A stretch of DNA of 38,664 bases from a virus (Duplodnaviria > Caudoviricetes). The notes beneath the pieces are model-generated. The model searched no databases. It was not told where the DNA came from and saw only the letters and a list, made by a program, of their open reading frames with translations. The stretch covers positions 1 to 38,664 of the IMG/VR virus record IMGVR_UViG_3300030397_000353; one strand, given 5' to 3'. The translations under genes were made by a program, and so were the position numbers. Of this stretch, positions 24,588 through 33,947 are shown one piece after another (the first letter of the stretch is position 1; each line of letters opens with the position of its first letter).

Positions 24588-25116
24588 CGATCCATACCTC
24601 TTCTAGATTGGCAATCCTCAAATCCGTGATTGTCTTCAGTTTGAAACCAAGGTCCGTAAACGAATCACAAATATCTTCCAGTATGTGTTGTCGGTCTGCG
24701 ATGAGTCGGATGCACTCGTTCAACAAGGCGACGGTGTCGTCTGCCTTGATACGATTGCGAAGATCAGTGGCAGATGGTTTTGCACCAACAATTGCTCTAC
24801 CATCCGGACTTGATATGTACCAAACATATTTTTTGGCCTCGTACTCGGACAAAATATTTTCCAGATATTTCCGTACCTGAAGGGCATCCGTGTGGAGGGT
24901 CTTGTAGAAATATCCTGTTGCCGTGATTACGGTAAGCAGTCCATCGAGTTTTCCGACAGGCAACAGTTCTTTCTCGACGCCCGATTTAACACTGAGGTAA
25001 TAATCGGAAGCATCGATAACGGTATTGACAAAGATGTTACGCTCGTCCTCATCTTCAAGATCAGTACATGCGTCACGTACTTTGTCAAACCATCGTTGGG
25101 CGCGACGATTACTCAT
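24559..25116 (-). CDS. Probable UvsY-like recombination mediator
   Basis: Helical 185-aa protein directly after UvsX; C-terminal GFKLKTITDLRIANLEE resembles the UvsY end. Confidence 0.6.
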   Translation of the reverse strand: MSNRRAQRWFDKVRDACTDLEDEDERNIFVNTVIDASDYYLSVKSGVEKELLPVGKLDGLLTVITATGYFYKTLHTDALQVRKYLENILSEYEAKKYVWYISSPDGRAIVGAKPSATDLRNRIKADDTVALLNECIRLIADRQHILEDICDSFTDLGFKLKTITDLRIANLEEVWIDGTRETDNT

Positions 25117-26284
25117 CGTCTTCCTCTATTGCCATTTCAGCCGCGATCTCTTCGTCCGTAAGCGGTCTCATAATACCACCCGGATTCAAAGAGTCGGCCC
25201 ATTCCATAGCAGCATCGGCATGCTTTCGAAAATCTTTCTTGCGAAATTTGGTTGGAGAATCTTCCGGTCCATATTGATACCATCCCGTCGTTGGAACAGT
25301 AATGGCACCTTCATAAATCAGAAGATCGAACAATCCCGAGTATGGGTCCATACCGGTATTGAATGGAACCTGAATTTCAATGCGTTGCCCGGGCTTTGAT
25401 GAACGGGATTTCAGATTATCGATGACACAAACATGACCGATTATTTGCTTACGCTTCGCAAGCTTTGCGGTCATTCCTTTCTTCATGTTCTCGTAGTAAT
25501 TTGAAACTTCCTCGTCCTCAATCTCCCGGTTGGCGTCGTTGATTTTCAATTCAGCTTTGGTCAGCATCAAGCACCCAGACGCCATATAGAACATTTTGTG
25601 TCCACCGGTCGTCTTGTGCTTCGGTCCGTACATGTCTTGATTGTCCATGACGTGGCCAACACCAATGACCAACACGGGCACATGACTACACAGGTGGGTT
25701 ATGGCTTGAACCACGTCACCCGTCTGCTTTGCCTTTTGTCCCATGTCTCCCACGATGTCACCAGACTGAGCCTCGTTCCATTGTTTTTCCGTCATGGCCG
25801 CTGACCATGAATCGACTACGATAACCATTGGCTTATCGAAGTCGTCGTTTTCGTCTAAGTAGGCGTCACGATACATCTTGCACATTTCGGAAATCGCTTT
25901 CTTACAATCGGTCAGCGTAGCTGCCGTGATGTACTGAAAGTTTTCCTCACCGAGGTCCACCCCGACGCGTTGCAACCATTTCTGGCCCGCGACATCGTCC
26001 GTTGCTTTTTCAACGTCGATCCACAGAACAAAGGCGTCGTGTGTTTTTTGTGCATTTGCGCATGCGTAAGCTGCCTGCAAGGATTTACCCGAGCCAGACT
26101 CGCCATAGTATACGTACTGTCGTCCGAACAGAATTCCTTCTTTGAATTTACCGGACATGATACGATTCATTGCGAAGTTTCCCATATCAACCCATTTGTC
26201 GATGCTGGAAAAACCCACATTAATCGTTGGAGATTTGAATGTTGAAAACGCTTTCTGGCGCTTTTTTGTGAATTTACTAGCCAT
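25109..26284 (-). CDS. uvsX: UvsX/RecA-like recombinase
   Basis: GESGSGKS, IDVEKA, IVVDSW, DMGQKAK, TGGHKMFYMAS, KSRSSKP. Start reassigned to ATG 26284 with AGAGGA SD. Confidence 0.92.
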   Translation of the reverse strand: MASKFTKKRQKAFSTFKSPTINVGFSSIDKWVDMGNFAMNRIMSGKFKEGILFGRQYVYYGESGSGKSLQAAYACANAQKTHDAFVLWIDVEKATDDVAGQKWLQRVGVDLGEENFQYITAATLTDCKKAISEMCKMYRDAYLDENDDFDKPMVIVVDSWSAAMTEKQWNEAQSGDIVGDMGQKAKQTGDVVQAITHLCSHVPVLVIGVGHVMDNQDMYGPKHKTTGGHKMFYMASGCLMLTKAELKINDANREIEDEEVSNYYENMKKGMTAKLAKRKQIIGHVCVIDNLKSRSSKPGQRIEIQVPFNTGMDPYSGLFDLLIYEGAITVPTTGWYQYGPEDSPTKFRKKDFRKHADAAMEWADSLNPGGIMRPLTDEEIAAEMAIEEDDE

Positions 26285-26304
26285 GATTTCCTCTCTTGTT
26301 AGGT

Positions 26305-26374
26305 AAAAACCGTCCCCGGCTGGAGCGAGCATCCGGGGACGGGAAGAGGGTTGGACCATGAGGAGTCCAACCCT
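26305..26374 (-). terminator. Two tandem 10-bp hairpins after SSB; the second is followed by a U-tract
   Basis: AGGGTTGGAC/GTCCAACCCT (26347-26374), then CCGTCCCCGG/CCGGGGACGG (26310-26342) followed by TTTTT in mRNA sense. Confidence 0.75.
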
Positions 26375-26379
26375 TCAGC

Positions 26380-27573
26380 TTACGCTGACTTCTTACCTAC
26401 ACGTGCCTTGATCTTGGCTGCAAGGTCCGACACTTCAGTCTCACCAGCTTGTGGTGGAACTGCGTCGTCGGCTGCTGCGGCAACCTCGGCTGGCGAGTCG
26501 TCCTTAGCTTCTTCCGGAGCTTCATCGACTGGGGCCGCTTGGGTCTTGCCACGTGCTGCCTTCAGCTTGTCAAGGGCGTTACCGGCACCTGCTCCTTCCG
26601 CCTTCGGGCTGTCATCGTCATCGTTAGATGATTTCGGAGCCGTAGACTTCTTCTGAGCAGCAGATTCATCACCGCGCTGGCGAAGAGGCTTGAAGCCTGC
26701 TTCTTCCCACTCGGGGTTCCAGACGCCGTTCTCGCCAGTAATTTGACGCTGGAGAGAGACGTTCATCATCTCAACCAGAATCTCATACTGCTCGTCACTT
26801 GGACGATCCGGCAGACGCTTGGTCAGATCGTGGAATTTGTGTTCCGCGAGTGCTGCCAGTTGCTCGTCGGTAAGCGGAGTCGGAGACTTCGCCCACGTGG
26901 ATGAAGTTGTCCAGTCTGCGTATTCTCCTTGCTGTTGCTTCTTCAGGATGAAGTTGAATCCGTTGAAGATATCCATGTCAACTTCGCCGTCACCAAGGAG
27001 TGCCGTAATGTCATCTTCGGTGAATTCACCGCACGGAAGCGTTTCGTATGGGTCTTCCTCGTTTTCGAACACGTCACTGAAAATCTTCTGGTGAAGTTTC
27101 TTGTTCAGCGGGAAAACACGGATTGGGTTTTCTGGAGTTTCCTCTTCCGTCATACCGGACTTGATAACAAATCCTTGGTAGTAGTACGTCGGCTTCTTCC
27201 AGTGAAAACCAGCAATCTTCTTGAGCTTGTCGGCTTCTTTGGTGTTACCCGAGTTGCGCAGTTCTTTTTCCTCGGAATAGAGGTCACGAACTGGACCCAG
27301 AACCGGACACTTGTTTGCGTGATCATACATTTCGCGGCACGGAGCCAAGAATTTGATGACCTTAGCCGGATCGTCGGGATCGGTGAATTGCATCGGCAGT
27401 AGAACTCGCTCGGCCCAGAATGCGCCAGTGTAGGCATCGTTGTATGGCAGGAAACGAAGGGTACTGGATGCACCGAATTTCAGGTTCCAGAAGGGATAAA
27501 TCGAGTAATCTTTCTCGAATTGGGGAGTGCGCTGTTTTACCCGCTCGCGCATGCGCTCTAACATGGTAGACAT
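26380..27573 (-). CDS. Single-stranded DNA-binding protein (T4 gp32-like)
   Basis: YPFWN...TLRFLP...FWAER, PCREMY...CPVL, GFNFILKK...YADWTTS, long acidic/Ala tail; directly upstream of UvsX. Confidence 0.85.
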   Translation of the reverse strand: MSTMLERMRERVKQRTPQFEKDYSIYPFWNLKFGASSTLRFLPYNDAYTGAFWAERVLLPMQFTDPDDPAKVIKFLAPCREMYDHANKCPVLGPVRDLYSEEKELRNSGNTKEADKLKKIAGFHWKKPTYYYQGFVIKSGMTEEETPENPIRVFPLNKKLHQKIFSDVFENEEDPYETLPCGEFTEDDITALLGDGEVDMDIFNGFNFILKKQQQGEYADWTTSSTWAKSPTPLTDEQLAALAEHKFHDLTKRLPDRPSDEQYEILVEMMNVSLQRQITGENGVWNPEWEEAGFKPLRQRGDESAAQKKSTAPKSSNDDDDSPKAEGAGAGNALDKLKAARGKTQAAPVDEAPEEAKDDSPAEVAAAADDAVPPQAGETEVSDLAAKIKARVGKKSA

Positions 27574-27589
27574 AAGTCTAGTCCTCTCT

Positions 27590-27657
27590 AAGTTTATGCA
27601 GTTCTATTCGAATCTACAGGTTTTGTTACAGTTCTATTCAGTTTTATACAGTTTTAT
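27590..27657 (-). repeat. Short direct repeats A(A/G)AACTG in the SSB leader
   Basis: ATAAAACTG-TATAAAACTG-AATAGAACTG-TAACAAAACCTG-...-AATAGAACTG-CATAAACTT, then GAGAGGA SD. Confidence 0.75.
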
Positions 27658-28241
27658 GTTCCGGTCGATCCGAAGCCACCTTCACCGCGTTCGGTCATAT
27701 TCAAATCATCGACATAATCGAAGACAGGTATGACGATTGGTTTGACAACCATCTGAGCGATTCTCATCCCACGTTCTACGAAGAATCTCTTCGTGGACAT
27801 GTTCACAAGGATAACCTTAATCTCGCCCCGATAATCAGAATCAATTGTTCCCGGTGTGTTGAGAACGGTGATTCCGTATTTCGCTGCCAAACCCGACCGT
27901 GGGCGAATTTGTGCTTCGTAACCTATCGGCAGTTCGAGGGAAATTCCCGTAGGAATTATTTCTCTCGCACCCATGTTATTTAGGCAAACTGGTTCGTCAA
28001 CTGCACAGAAAAGGTCAACACCAACACTTCCGATTGTGGCCATGGACAGACTTGGAAGATCACCAAAATGGGGGAGCATTTTTACTCCAATGCGGACTCG
28101 TGGAACGTGTGCAGCCTCGTCAACTCGTTCTGACGTGGGCAATGCAGTGTCCACTGCGGCTTCGCCACCATACTCGACGGCAAGGCTATCCATCATATCC
28201 TTTTCAGTGAAGGGCTTCTCGAATTTGCGGTCTGACGCCAT
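27654..28241 (-). CDS. dut: dUTP diphosphatase (trimeric)
   Basis: GVDL, IRPRSGLA, GTIDSDYRGEI, RIAQMV, RGEGGFGSTG. Confidence 0.97.
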   Translation of the reverse strand: MASDRKFEKPFTEKDMMDSLAVEYGGEAAVDTALPTSERVDEAAHVPRVRIGVKMLPHFGDLPSLSMATIGSVGVDLFCAVDEPVCLNNMGAREIIPTGISLELPIGYEAQIRPRSGLAAKYGITVLNTPGTIDSDYRGEIKVILVNMSTKRFFVERGMRIAQMVVKPIVIPVFDYVDDLNMTERGEGGFGSTGT

Positions 28242-28303
28242 GGTTTCCTCTCGTGAATGTCAGTGTCAAAAACAAGATGATACCAGTTTCGAGGAAAGTC
28301 AAG

Positions 28304-30097
28304 TTAGAGTATGGGCAACATTGGCATATTGTCTGGATGGTCGAAATCGTCCGGATCATATTCATCCATATCTGGCCGAATCAGGTCATCCAAATCAGGC
28401 TCATGGAACCGGACTTCGTCAACCAACATAGCCATCAAGACACAACTCATCACGATGTCGTCCTTAGACCCTTCCTTGGCGGCATAGCTCGCACCAGAAC
28501 GCACGAAGGTCTTCAACTGTGAGGCTAGATACTTGGACCGGGGGATGAACAGGTTTCGCTCAATCAGGTTCTTCAGTTCCACACAGTACCGCCGCTTCGA
28601 GGTCACATTGGTTAGGAGACCGCGCCACTTGTTGGGTTGGCTAGTGCTCATGCCATCACCACGGGCGTTGACCGAGGTCATGGTGGAATCTATCAGGAAT
28701 CCCGGAAAAGTCTGTTCATCCTCATACTCGATGGAGTTGAGAATACCAATACCCAATCCGTTTCGTTCAACTGAGTAATAGGTCTGACATCCGGTGGTGT
28801 GCTCTGGGTCATTCATCTGAATCATAAAAATTCGTTTGAGTGTTCGTCGCAGCATTTTGGTTTGTTCTGGCTGGTCCACCATGTTGCTGTTCCATTCCGC
28901 CACTTGACGCATTTGTGGAATTTCCCACACCTGTATGCAGGCGTCATCAGCCCCCACACCTTCAGAGGGATCGAGGACTACACCGTAAATTTGATTCGGT
29001 AATATTTCTGAGTACCAACGCATCCCCCACTTATCGACAAATCTGGGCTTTCGGACAACATGCTTGAGTCCGGCCAAAACCGAAGCTGCAATCAAGGTTG
29101 AATCACCAGATACGAATGCGCACTCGAATTCTCGAAGCCATTCTTCTTCAGACAGTCCAGCGCGAATAACTTGATTCTTGAATTTTTGATCACGGTGACC
29201 GCCCTTACCATCCGGGATGGTCGTCCAATGAGCATGGAATCCGACAAACTCTTCCATTTGTTCGTCTTCGAAATCGAGGTCATCTTCTTCTCGCATCGCA
29301 AAAAGATTTTTAGTCTCTTCGTTCTCGTACTCGATTTCCCAATCTTCATCTTCTGCGTGCTCATCATGAGAACCGGCGACCTTGTGACGATTAGCGAATA
29401 CATCAACCCACTCATCCGATGATTCAGCCATCTTAGCATTAAACCAAATCGTAGCGAATTTATCTTCATCGGTGTTTGGTGTACTGGTGATGATACACTT
29501 ACCACCGGTTGCAATGGTAGGGTAGATCGATGTCCAAAAGTCATTGGCCACACCCGGGCGAACGAATGCAAACTCGTCGAGGTAAATCAACGAATTGGAT
29601 TTACCACGACCAGAAGTCGGAGTAGTTGCCGTTGCAAAAACACTGGAGCCATTGTCAAACTCTTTACGGGTAACAATGTTGGTTTTTGTTCCCGGCTTCA
29701 ACCACCATGGCAATTCTTCGTAGGCATACCAGAGACGCGACATGATATCAGTAGCACCCTCTTGGTCTTTCGACGCAATGAGAATTCTTTGGTCTTCTTG
29801 GAAGATTGCCCACCACAAAAGAAACGCAGCAGCGGTTTGGGTTTTACCACACTGTCGAGAGAGCATAGCGATGCTCAAACGATTCTCTTGGTAAACGTTA
29901 ATTAGGTTTTCTTGGTAATCCCACAAGTCAAATTTCATTGCCCCCTTGGTGGGGTTCTGAATCATGACATAATTTCGGGTAAAATAAATGGCGTCATTCT
30001 TGCACTTTATCAGTTCTTGAATTTGCCACTGCTCAAAGTCTTGCTTATAACCGGGCGGTTTTACTTTACCGCCCTGTTCTTCTGTTAATTTCGGCAT
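28304..30097 (-). CDS. terL: Terminase large subunit (T4 gp17-like)
   Basis: LWDYQ, SRQCGKT, GRGKS..LIYLDEFAFV, ITSTPN, REFEC, nuclease DPSEGVGAD, VERN, KDDIVMS. Confidence 0.95.
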   Translation of the reverse strand: MPKLTEEQGGKVKPPGYKQDFEQWQIQELIKCKNDAIYFTRNYVMIQNPTKGAMKFDLWDYQENLINVYQENRLSIAMLSRQCGKTQTAAAFLLWWAIFQEDQRILIASKDQEGATDIMSRLWYAYEELPWWLKPGTKTNIVTRKEFDNGSSVFATATTPTSGRGKSNSLIYLDEFAFVRPGVANDFWTSIYPTIATGGKCIITSTPNTDEDKFATIWFNAKMAESSDEWVDVFANRHKVAGSHDEHAEDEDWEIEYENEETKNLFAMREEDDLDFEDEQMEEFVGFHAHWTTIPDGKGGHRDQKFKNQVIRAGLSEEEWLREFECAFVSGDSTLIAASVLAGLKHVVRKPRFVDKWGMRWYSEILPNQIYGVVLDPSEGVGADDACIQVWEIPQMRQVAEWNSNMVDQPEQTKMLRRTLKRIFMIQMNDPEHTTGCQTYYSVERNGLGIGILNSIEYEDEQTFPGFLIDSTMTSVNARGDGMSTSQPNKWRGLLTNVTSKRRYCVELKNLIERNLFIPRSKYLASQLKTFVRSGASYAAKEGSKDDIVMSCVLMAMLVDEVRFHEPDLDDLIRPDMDEYDPDDFDHPDNMPMLPIL

Positions 30098-30100
30098 GTA

Positions 30101-31114
30101 TTAGACCACGTTTGGCTCGACGGCGATCAAACGGCTTTGGTCTAATTGTTCTTGGTTTGCTACTGTCTGTACACCCAAATCGCGGGCATCGGTTTCAGAA
30201 AGGGCTTTGACGAGGACATTGTATGTTTTTCCGGTGTCCTGATCTTGAACGGTAACCTCAAATGGTGTCGGCTTCACTTGCTCACGTAGTGGACGAGTGA
30301 ATCGAAAATCGCGGTCGTGCTCTACCAATCGAACTTGTGTTTCGCTTAGAACTTCAAACATTCCAGCGCCTTTGACAATCAAGTCAGACACGAAATCATA
30401 GTTCATTGGTTGTTGCTTGAACGGTCCCTCAATATGCATCATGCTCGGGTCATCCTGATGGCGTTCTATCATGTAGAAACCTTTGGGTGCTGTAGTTCCG
30501 AACACATCGCCAAGGGCCAAATGTGTTGTGACGAATGATTCCGTCAGTTGTGGTTGGACGTTCCGCCCCTCTACCTCCTTTGTGCGCTCCGATTGCTCGG
30601 TATCTAGTTCCCGGATAAATGCATCGATTCGATCCTGTCCTACAAGACTTTGTGCATCGTTGTCGATGGCATCTTTATCAGGAGTAGCATCCCACGACTT
30701 GGCATGCTGTGCTAGACTTTTGTATGGACCACCGTCCATCGATGGATGGAGATCGAGAATTTGATCATCTTCCAGCTTCTCGCCGTCTCTGTGGACTACG
30801 AGGTATTTCCAATTGATGTCGGTGAAGTACGCGATTTTCTGACGGAGAACACCATTATCTTGGTCGGTTCCGAGAATCGCTTTGACGTGAAAAATCTTGT
30901 CCAGACCCGGTTCGTCGTTGTACGGACGAAACATAGGTTCAACAGCAGCGAGTGGGTTGTACGATACGCGCTCTAGGGAACGCAGGTCGTAACCCAATAG
31001 ACCAACCTGCAACTTATCGAAGATGTCATCGTCGTGTAAGTGCCGTGTGGACTTAATGTGGTACACGTATTCTTGGTCTTGTTCTGCTAAAATTGCTCGA
31101 AATGATCTGGACAT
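30101..31114 (-). CDS. Hypothetical protein, possibly head-associated
   Basis: N-terminus MSRSFRAILAE resembles the T4 capsid-targeting sequence; late box upstream. Confidence 0.6.
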   Translation of the reverse strand: MSRSFRAILAEQDQEYVYHIKSTRHLHDDDIFDKLQVGLLGYDLRSLERVSYNPLAAVEPMFRPYNDEPGLDKIFHVKAILGTDQDNGVLRQKIAYFTDINWKYLVVHRDGEKLEDDQILDLHPSMDGGPYKSLAQHAKSWDATPDKDAIDNDAQSLVGQDRIDAFIRELDTEQSERTKEVEGRNVQPQLTESFVTTHLALGDVFGTTAPKGFYMIERHQDDPSMMHIEGPFKQQPMNYDFVSDLIVKGAGMFEVLSETQVRLVEHDRDFRFTRPLREQVKPTPFEVTVQDQDTGKTYNVLVKALSETDARDLGVQTVANQEQLDQSRLIAVEPNVV

Positions 31115-31139
31115 TGCAAAAATCCTATGTTAACCCTGA

Positions 31140-31145
31140 TATTTA
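31140..31145 (-). promoter_or_regulatory. Late-type TAAATA box overlapping the upstream stop codon
   Basis: TAAATA 25 nt before ATG 31114, with AGGA SD. Confidence 0.55.
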
Positions 31146-31667
31146 CTTAGGTTCGCTCTCTGACGTGACCTCTATCGTTTCAGGTGCTACCTCGACGGTT
31201 TCAGCCTCATTCATCATCTTCATCAGGTCTTCTCGGGAACCGAAGAAATTGGCCGTTCCAATTTTTGTATTACCGGCTTCTGGGCCACCAAACTGGGCTT
31301 CTTTCATGCGCTGTTCTTTGCGCTTTATCTGATGACCGGTCTTATGCTTGATAGCATCCAAGGTATGGCCCATGATAAGTGCGGTTGTTTCGAGATGTCG
31401 ATTGCGATATTTTGGGTCAATGCTTTTGAGTTCGTCGTATAGTTCCGTGAACATACCCATTCCCTTAGAGATAACTTGCTCCAATTGCTTTTCGCCTTGT
31501 ATCACTTTGGTTTCGATGTCGCTCATATCTGGCAAGTTTTCGTTCTCGACGGAAACTACCTCGTGGGGCTCGACAACAATCAACGGCGCACTGTCCTCGA
31601 CTGGAGGTTCTTCGGGAAGCTCCATGTCAAGTGCCGCAGCAATATTTGCATTCAAACGTGTTGTCAT
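31143..31667 (-). CDS. Probable terminase small subunit
   Basis: 174 aa, helical core, NFFGSREDLMK (cf. gp16 FVGSTxDL); two genes upstream of terL. Confidence 0.55.
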   Translation of the reverse strand: MTTRLNANIAAALDMELPEEPPVEDSAPLIVVEPHEVVSVENENLPDMSDIETKVIQGEKQLEQVISKGMGMFTELYDELKSIDPKYRNRHLETTALIMGHTLDAIKHKTGHQIKRKEQRMKEAQFGGPEAGNTKIGTANFFGSREDLMKMMNEAETVEVAPETIEVTSESEPK

Positions 31668-32308
31668 CGTTTCGTAGCCTTCATAGCTTTTCTAATCTTA
31701 CCTACCGTACTTACCTTTCCACCGAGTCTGGCCTTAGCCCTAATGCGAGTTTGGCGGCTAGATTTACCTAAATTCTTAGCCGTTTGTTTCTTAATTTTGG
31801 TCGGCTTGGATGGGTTCGGAGCCTTTGTTTGTTGATTTGCAACGGCCTTTATTGGGTGCGCACGGCCTTTCCGATTCGCATGATTGTTGTACAATTCTGC
31901 TTCAGTCAAAACGAGGAAATCGATACCTCGTCGCTGAGCCCATTGGGATGCCGCACCCCATTTGGCCTCATTCCTCATGCGGATAGCCGCATCCTCTTTT
32001 GTTCGTGCGTGTTGCGCTGATGCTTCATGAAGCGGTTTTATTTCGATGAGCTTTACAGACTTAGCTCCACCCCGCTTCATGTATGTTACGAGGAAGTCCG
32101 GGATGTAAACCGTTTGCTTACCGGTGAGGGGATTCTTGTATGGGATTTTTGCGGATTCCGATGCCCACTCTAAGACTTCCGGATGATTATCACAGTAGTT
32201 CATGAATTCCAGTTCCCATGAACTACGATAGATAATCGGGTAGTCCCCGGTATACTTGTCCCGAAACTTCGGGGTAAAGATTCCTTTGGTTGTTGAACGG
32301 GATGCCAT
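31664..32308 (-). CDS. Head completion nuclease (T4 gp4-like, TnsA-type)
   Basis: GIFTPK..DKY.GD...YRSSWE..FM.YCD...WASE...IPY...YIPDF...LIEIKP...NEAKW; long basic tail. Confidence 0.88.
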   Translation of the reverse strand: MASRSTTKGIFTPKFRDKYTGDYPIIYRSSWELEFMNYCDNHPEVLEWASESAKIPYKNPLTGKQTVYIPDFLVTYMKRGGAKSVKLIEIKPLHEASAQHARTKEDAAIRMRNEAKWGAASQWAQRRGIDFLVLTEAELYNNHANRKGRAHPIKAVANQQTKAPNPSKPTKIKKQTAKNLGKSSRQTRIRAKARLGGKVSTVGKIRKAMKATKR

Positions 32309-33888
32309 TACTGATTCGACGGGTTAATGCGCTCGCTTTCAGCAAGCAAAAAGTCGGCACTACGCTGAGCCTGAACCGCTTTATCTCGGCTCGCTTGTGC
32401 ATCTGCATTCTTTTGTTGGGCGAGGGCATTGTCCCCGGCATCAGCAGCAAGTTGAGCCTGTAGTTCCTGCTCTTCTGCTTCAGCAGCAAAAGTATTCGAT
32501 AGTTGTTGCGCACGTTCACCGGCAGTTCGGAATCCATCCGCTTCTTCTTGGTTCGCAGGATTGGGAACGCTGTTCGTACTAACTGGTGGTGCACCGATTC
32601 CGTTAGCCTCGCGAGTGTTGTCGAGTGCAGATCGCTCTTGCGCACTGACAAATTCATTTGCCCGTTGCTCGGCTTTCTGTTGGGTGATTGCGTCAACCAA
32701 TTCGCCTTCACGTTGATTGAGTTTTGCCAGCCGTTCGTTGGTTGCTGGATCATCCGTTGGGTTGCCGTTTGCGTTATTCAAGATAGCAGCTTTCTCGGCC
32801 CGGACTTGTTCCAAATCTCGTTCCTTCCCGGCTAAGCTATTCGGGATGATGGGATTCAATTCGCTTTCGAGTGCTGGTTCGATGATGTTTGTAACACCAC
32901 CAAGGTCTTCATCGGGAAGCGGGAATGCACGTGCAGCAGATTGATTTAGTGCCGGTTCATCAACACTGTTGGTATTTTCAACGCGTCGGTTAACAACTTG
33001 CTCTTGACCATCACGAGCGATGCCAGACTTACGTGGAGCATCAAGCCCACCGTCGGGGAATGCACCCAAGATGTGACGAATGTAATCGGAAAGCCGACCA
33101 CGGTTTTGGCCAATGGTGAAATAGTATCCTTCGTAATCGAATGAGGTCGATACCCGGACATTTCCTGTTCGGTCTTCCTTATCAAGATTATCGTGTTTCC
33201 AATCGGTAAGCATTGGCTTATGGAACCAATAAACATTGATACCATCGGGTTCTGTACCGAGGTCATAAACCACAATAGATTCCAAGAAGTGACGACCGTC
33301 ATTTGGTTTCAAGCGCATACCCAAGGATGGGCGTCGGCCCATAGCGGAACGCATTTCTCCACCATCCGTCGCAGTCAACGCATCGGTGAATTGAAAAGAA
33401 TTAACTTCCTGCGAGGAACCGAGGTTCGATTGAACATCAACACCAGAGATTGTGTCTCCGATTGTTGCTTGGTGCGTATAAAAATTCAGGTGTTCTTTCC
33501 AAAGCGCCTGAACGACAGAAGTCGAGTCATCATGGAATGTCATTGATGCTGTTGGATAGTTGACTTGGGTCGGAACGTTAATCCACTTGTTATACGAGCG
33601 AAGCTTTTCTGTCGAGATTTCTGGCTGCGGATGATCTATGGTCAGCAGATGAGTATACAGTTTGCCGGTATCACTTACGAATTCTCGCAAGTTAGTAATT
33701 GGATTATCGAGGGCTCGGGGGCTGAATTGGAACTCAACCAACCAAGTAAATTTAAAACGTGGGATACTCAGCGCACCGGAACGACCGTTATGCGTTGTTT
33801 GAAAATTACGTTCTTCTTGCGCATAGTTGACCACCGGCCAGCCGGTTTCGTCCGTAATTGTGCTCAAGTCTCGCTTGTTTACTGCCAT
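32308..33888 (-). CDS. Tail-tube-fold baseplate protein (gp19/gp54-like) with coiled-coil C-terminal extension
   Basis: PRFKFTWLVEF...IDHPQPEISTEKLRSYNK...VNYPTASMTFHDD parallels the tube gene; A/Q/E-rich C-terminal region. Confidence 0.65.
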   Translation of the reverse strand: MAVNKRDLSTITDETGWPVVNYAQEERNFQTTHNGRSGALSIPRFKFTWLVEFQFSPRALDNPITNLREFVSDTGKLYTHLLTIDHPQPEISTEKLRSYNKWINVPTQVNYPTASMTFHDDSTSVVQALWKEHLNFYTHQATIGDTISGVDVQSNLGSSQEVNSFQFTDALTATDGGEMRSAMGRRPSLGMRLKPNDGRHFLESIVVYDLGTEPDGINVYWFHKPMLTDWKHDNLDKEDRTGNVRVSTSFDYEGYYFTIGQNRGRLSDYIRHILGAFPDGGLDAPRKSGIARDGQEQVVNRRVENTNSVDEPALNQSAARAFPLPDEDLGGVTNIIEPALESELNPIIPNSLAGKERDLEQVRAEKAAILNNANGNPTDDPATNERLAKLNQREGELVDAITQQKAEQRANEFVSAQERSALDNTREANGIGAPPVSTNSVPNPANQEEADGFRTAGERAQQLSNTFAAEAEEQELQAQLAADAGDNALAQQKNADAQASRDKAVQAQRSADFLLAESERINPSNQ

Positions 33889-33902
33889 AATCGATGCTCC
33901 TC

Positions 33903-33916
33903 GTAAATATATTTAC
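33903..33916. promoter_or_regulatory. Palindromic double TAAATA box (divergent late promoters)
   Basis: GTAAATATATTTAC is a perfect 14-bp palindrome between two divergent SD-led genes. Confidence 0.7.
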
Positions 33917-33947
33917 CCATAACCAACAATCAAATTTTGGAGAAAGC

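Noticed and set aside
26285-26359. N-terminal extension of UvsX in the ORF track
   Set aside because: The region is occupied by hairpins, and ATG 26284 has a good SD.
27590-27657. Possible mini CRISPR array
   Set aside because: Repeats are only 7-10 nt with no spacers and no cas operon.
33894-33947. N-terminal extension of bS21 in the ORF track
   Set aside because: Homology and SD point to ATG 33948; the extension spans the promoter palindrome.
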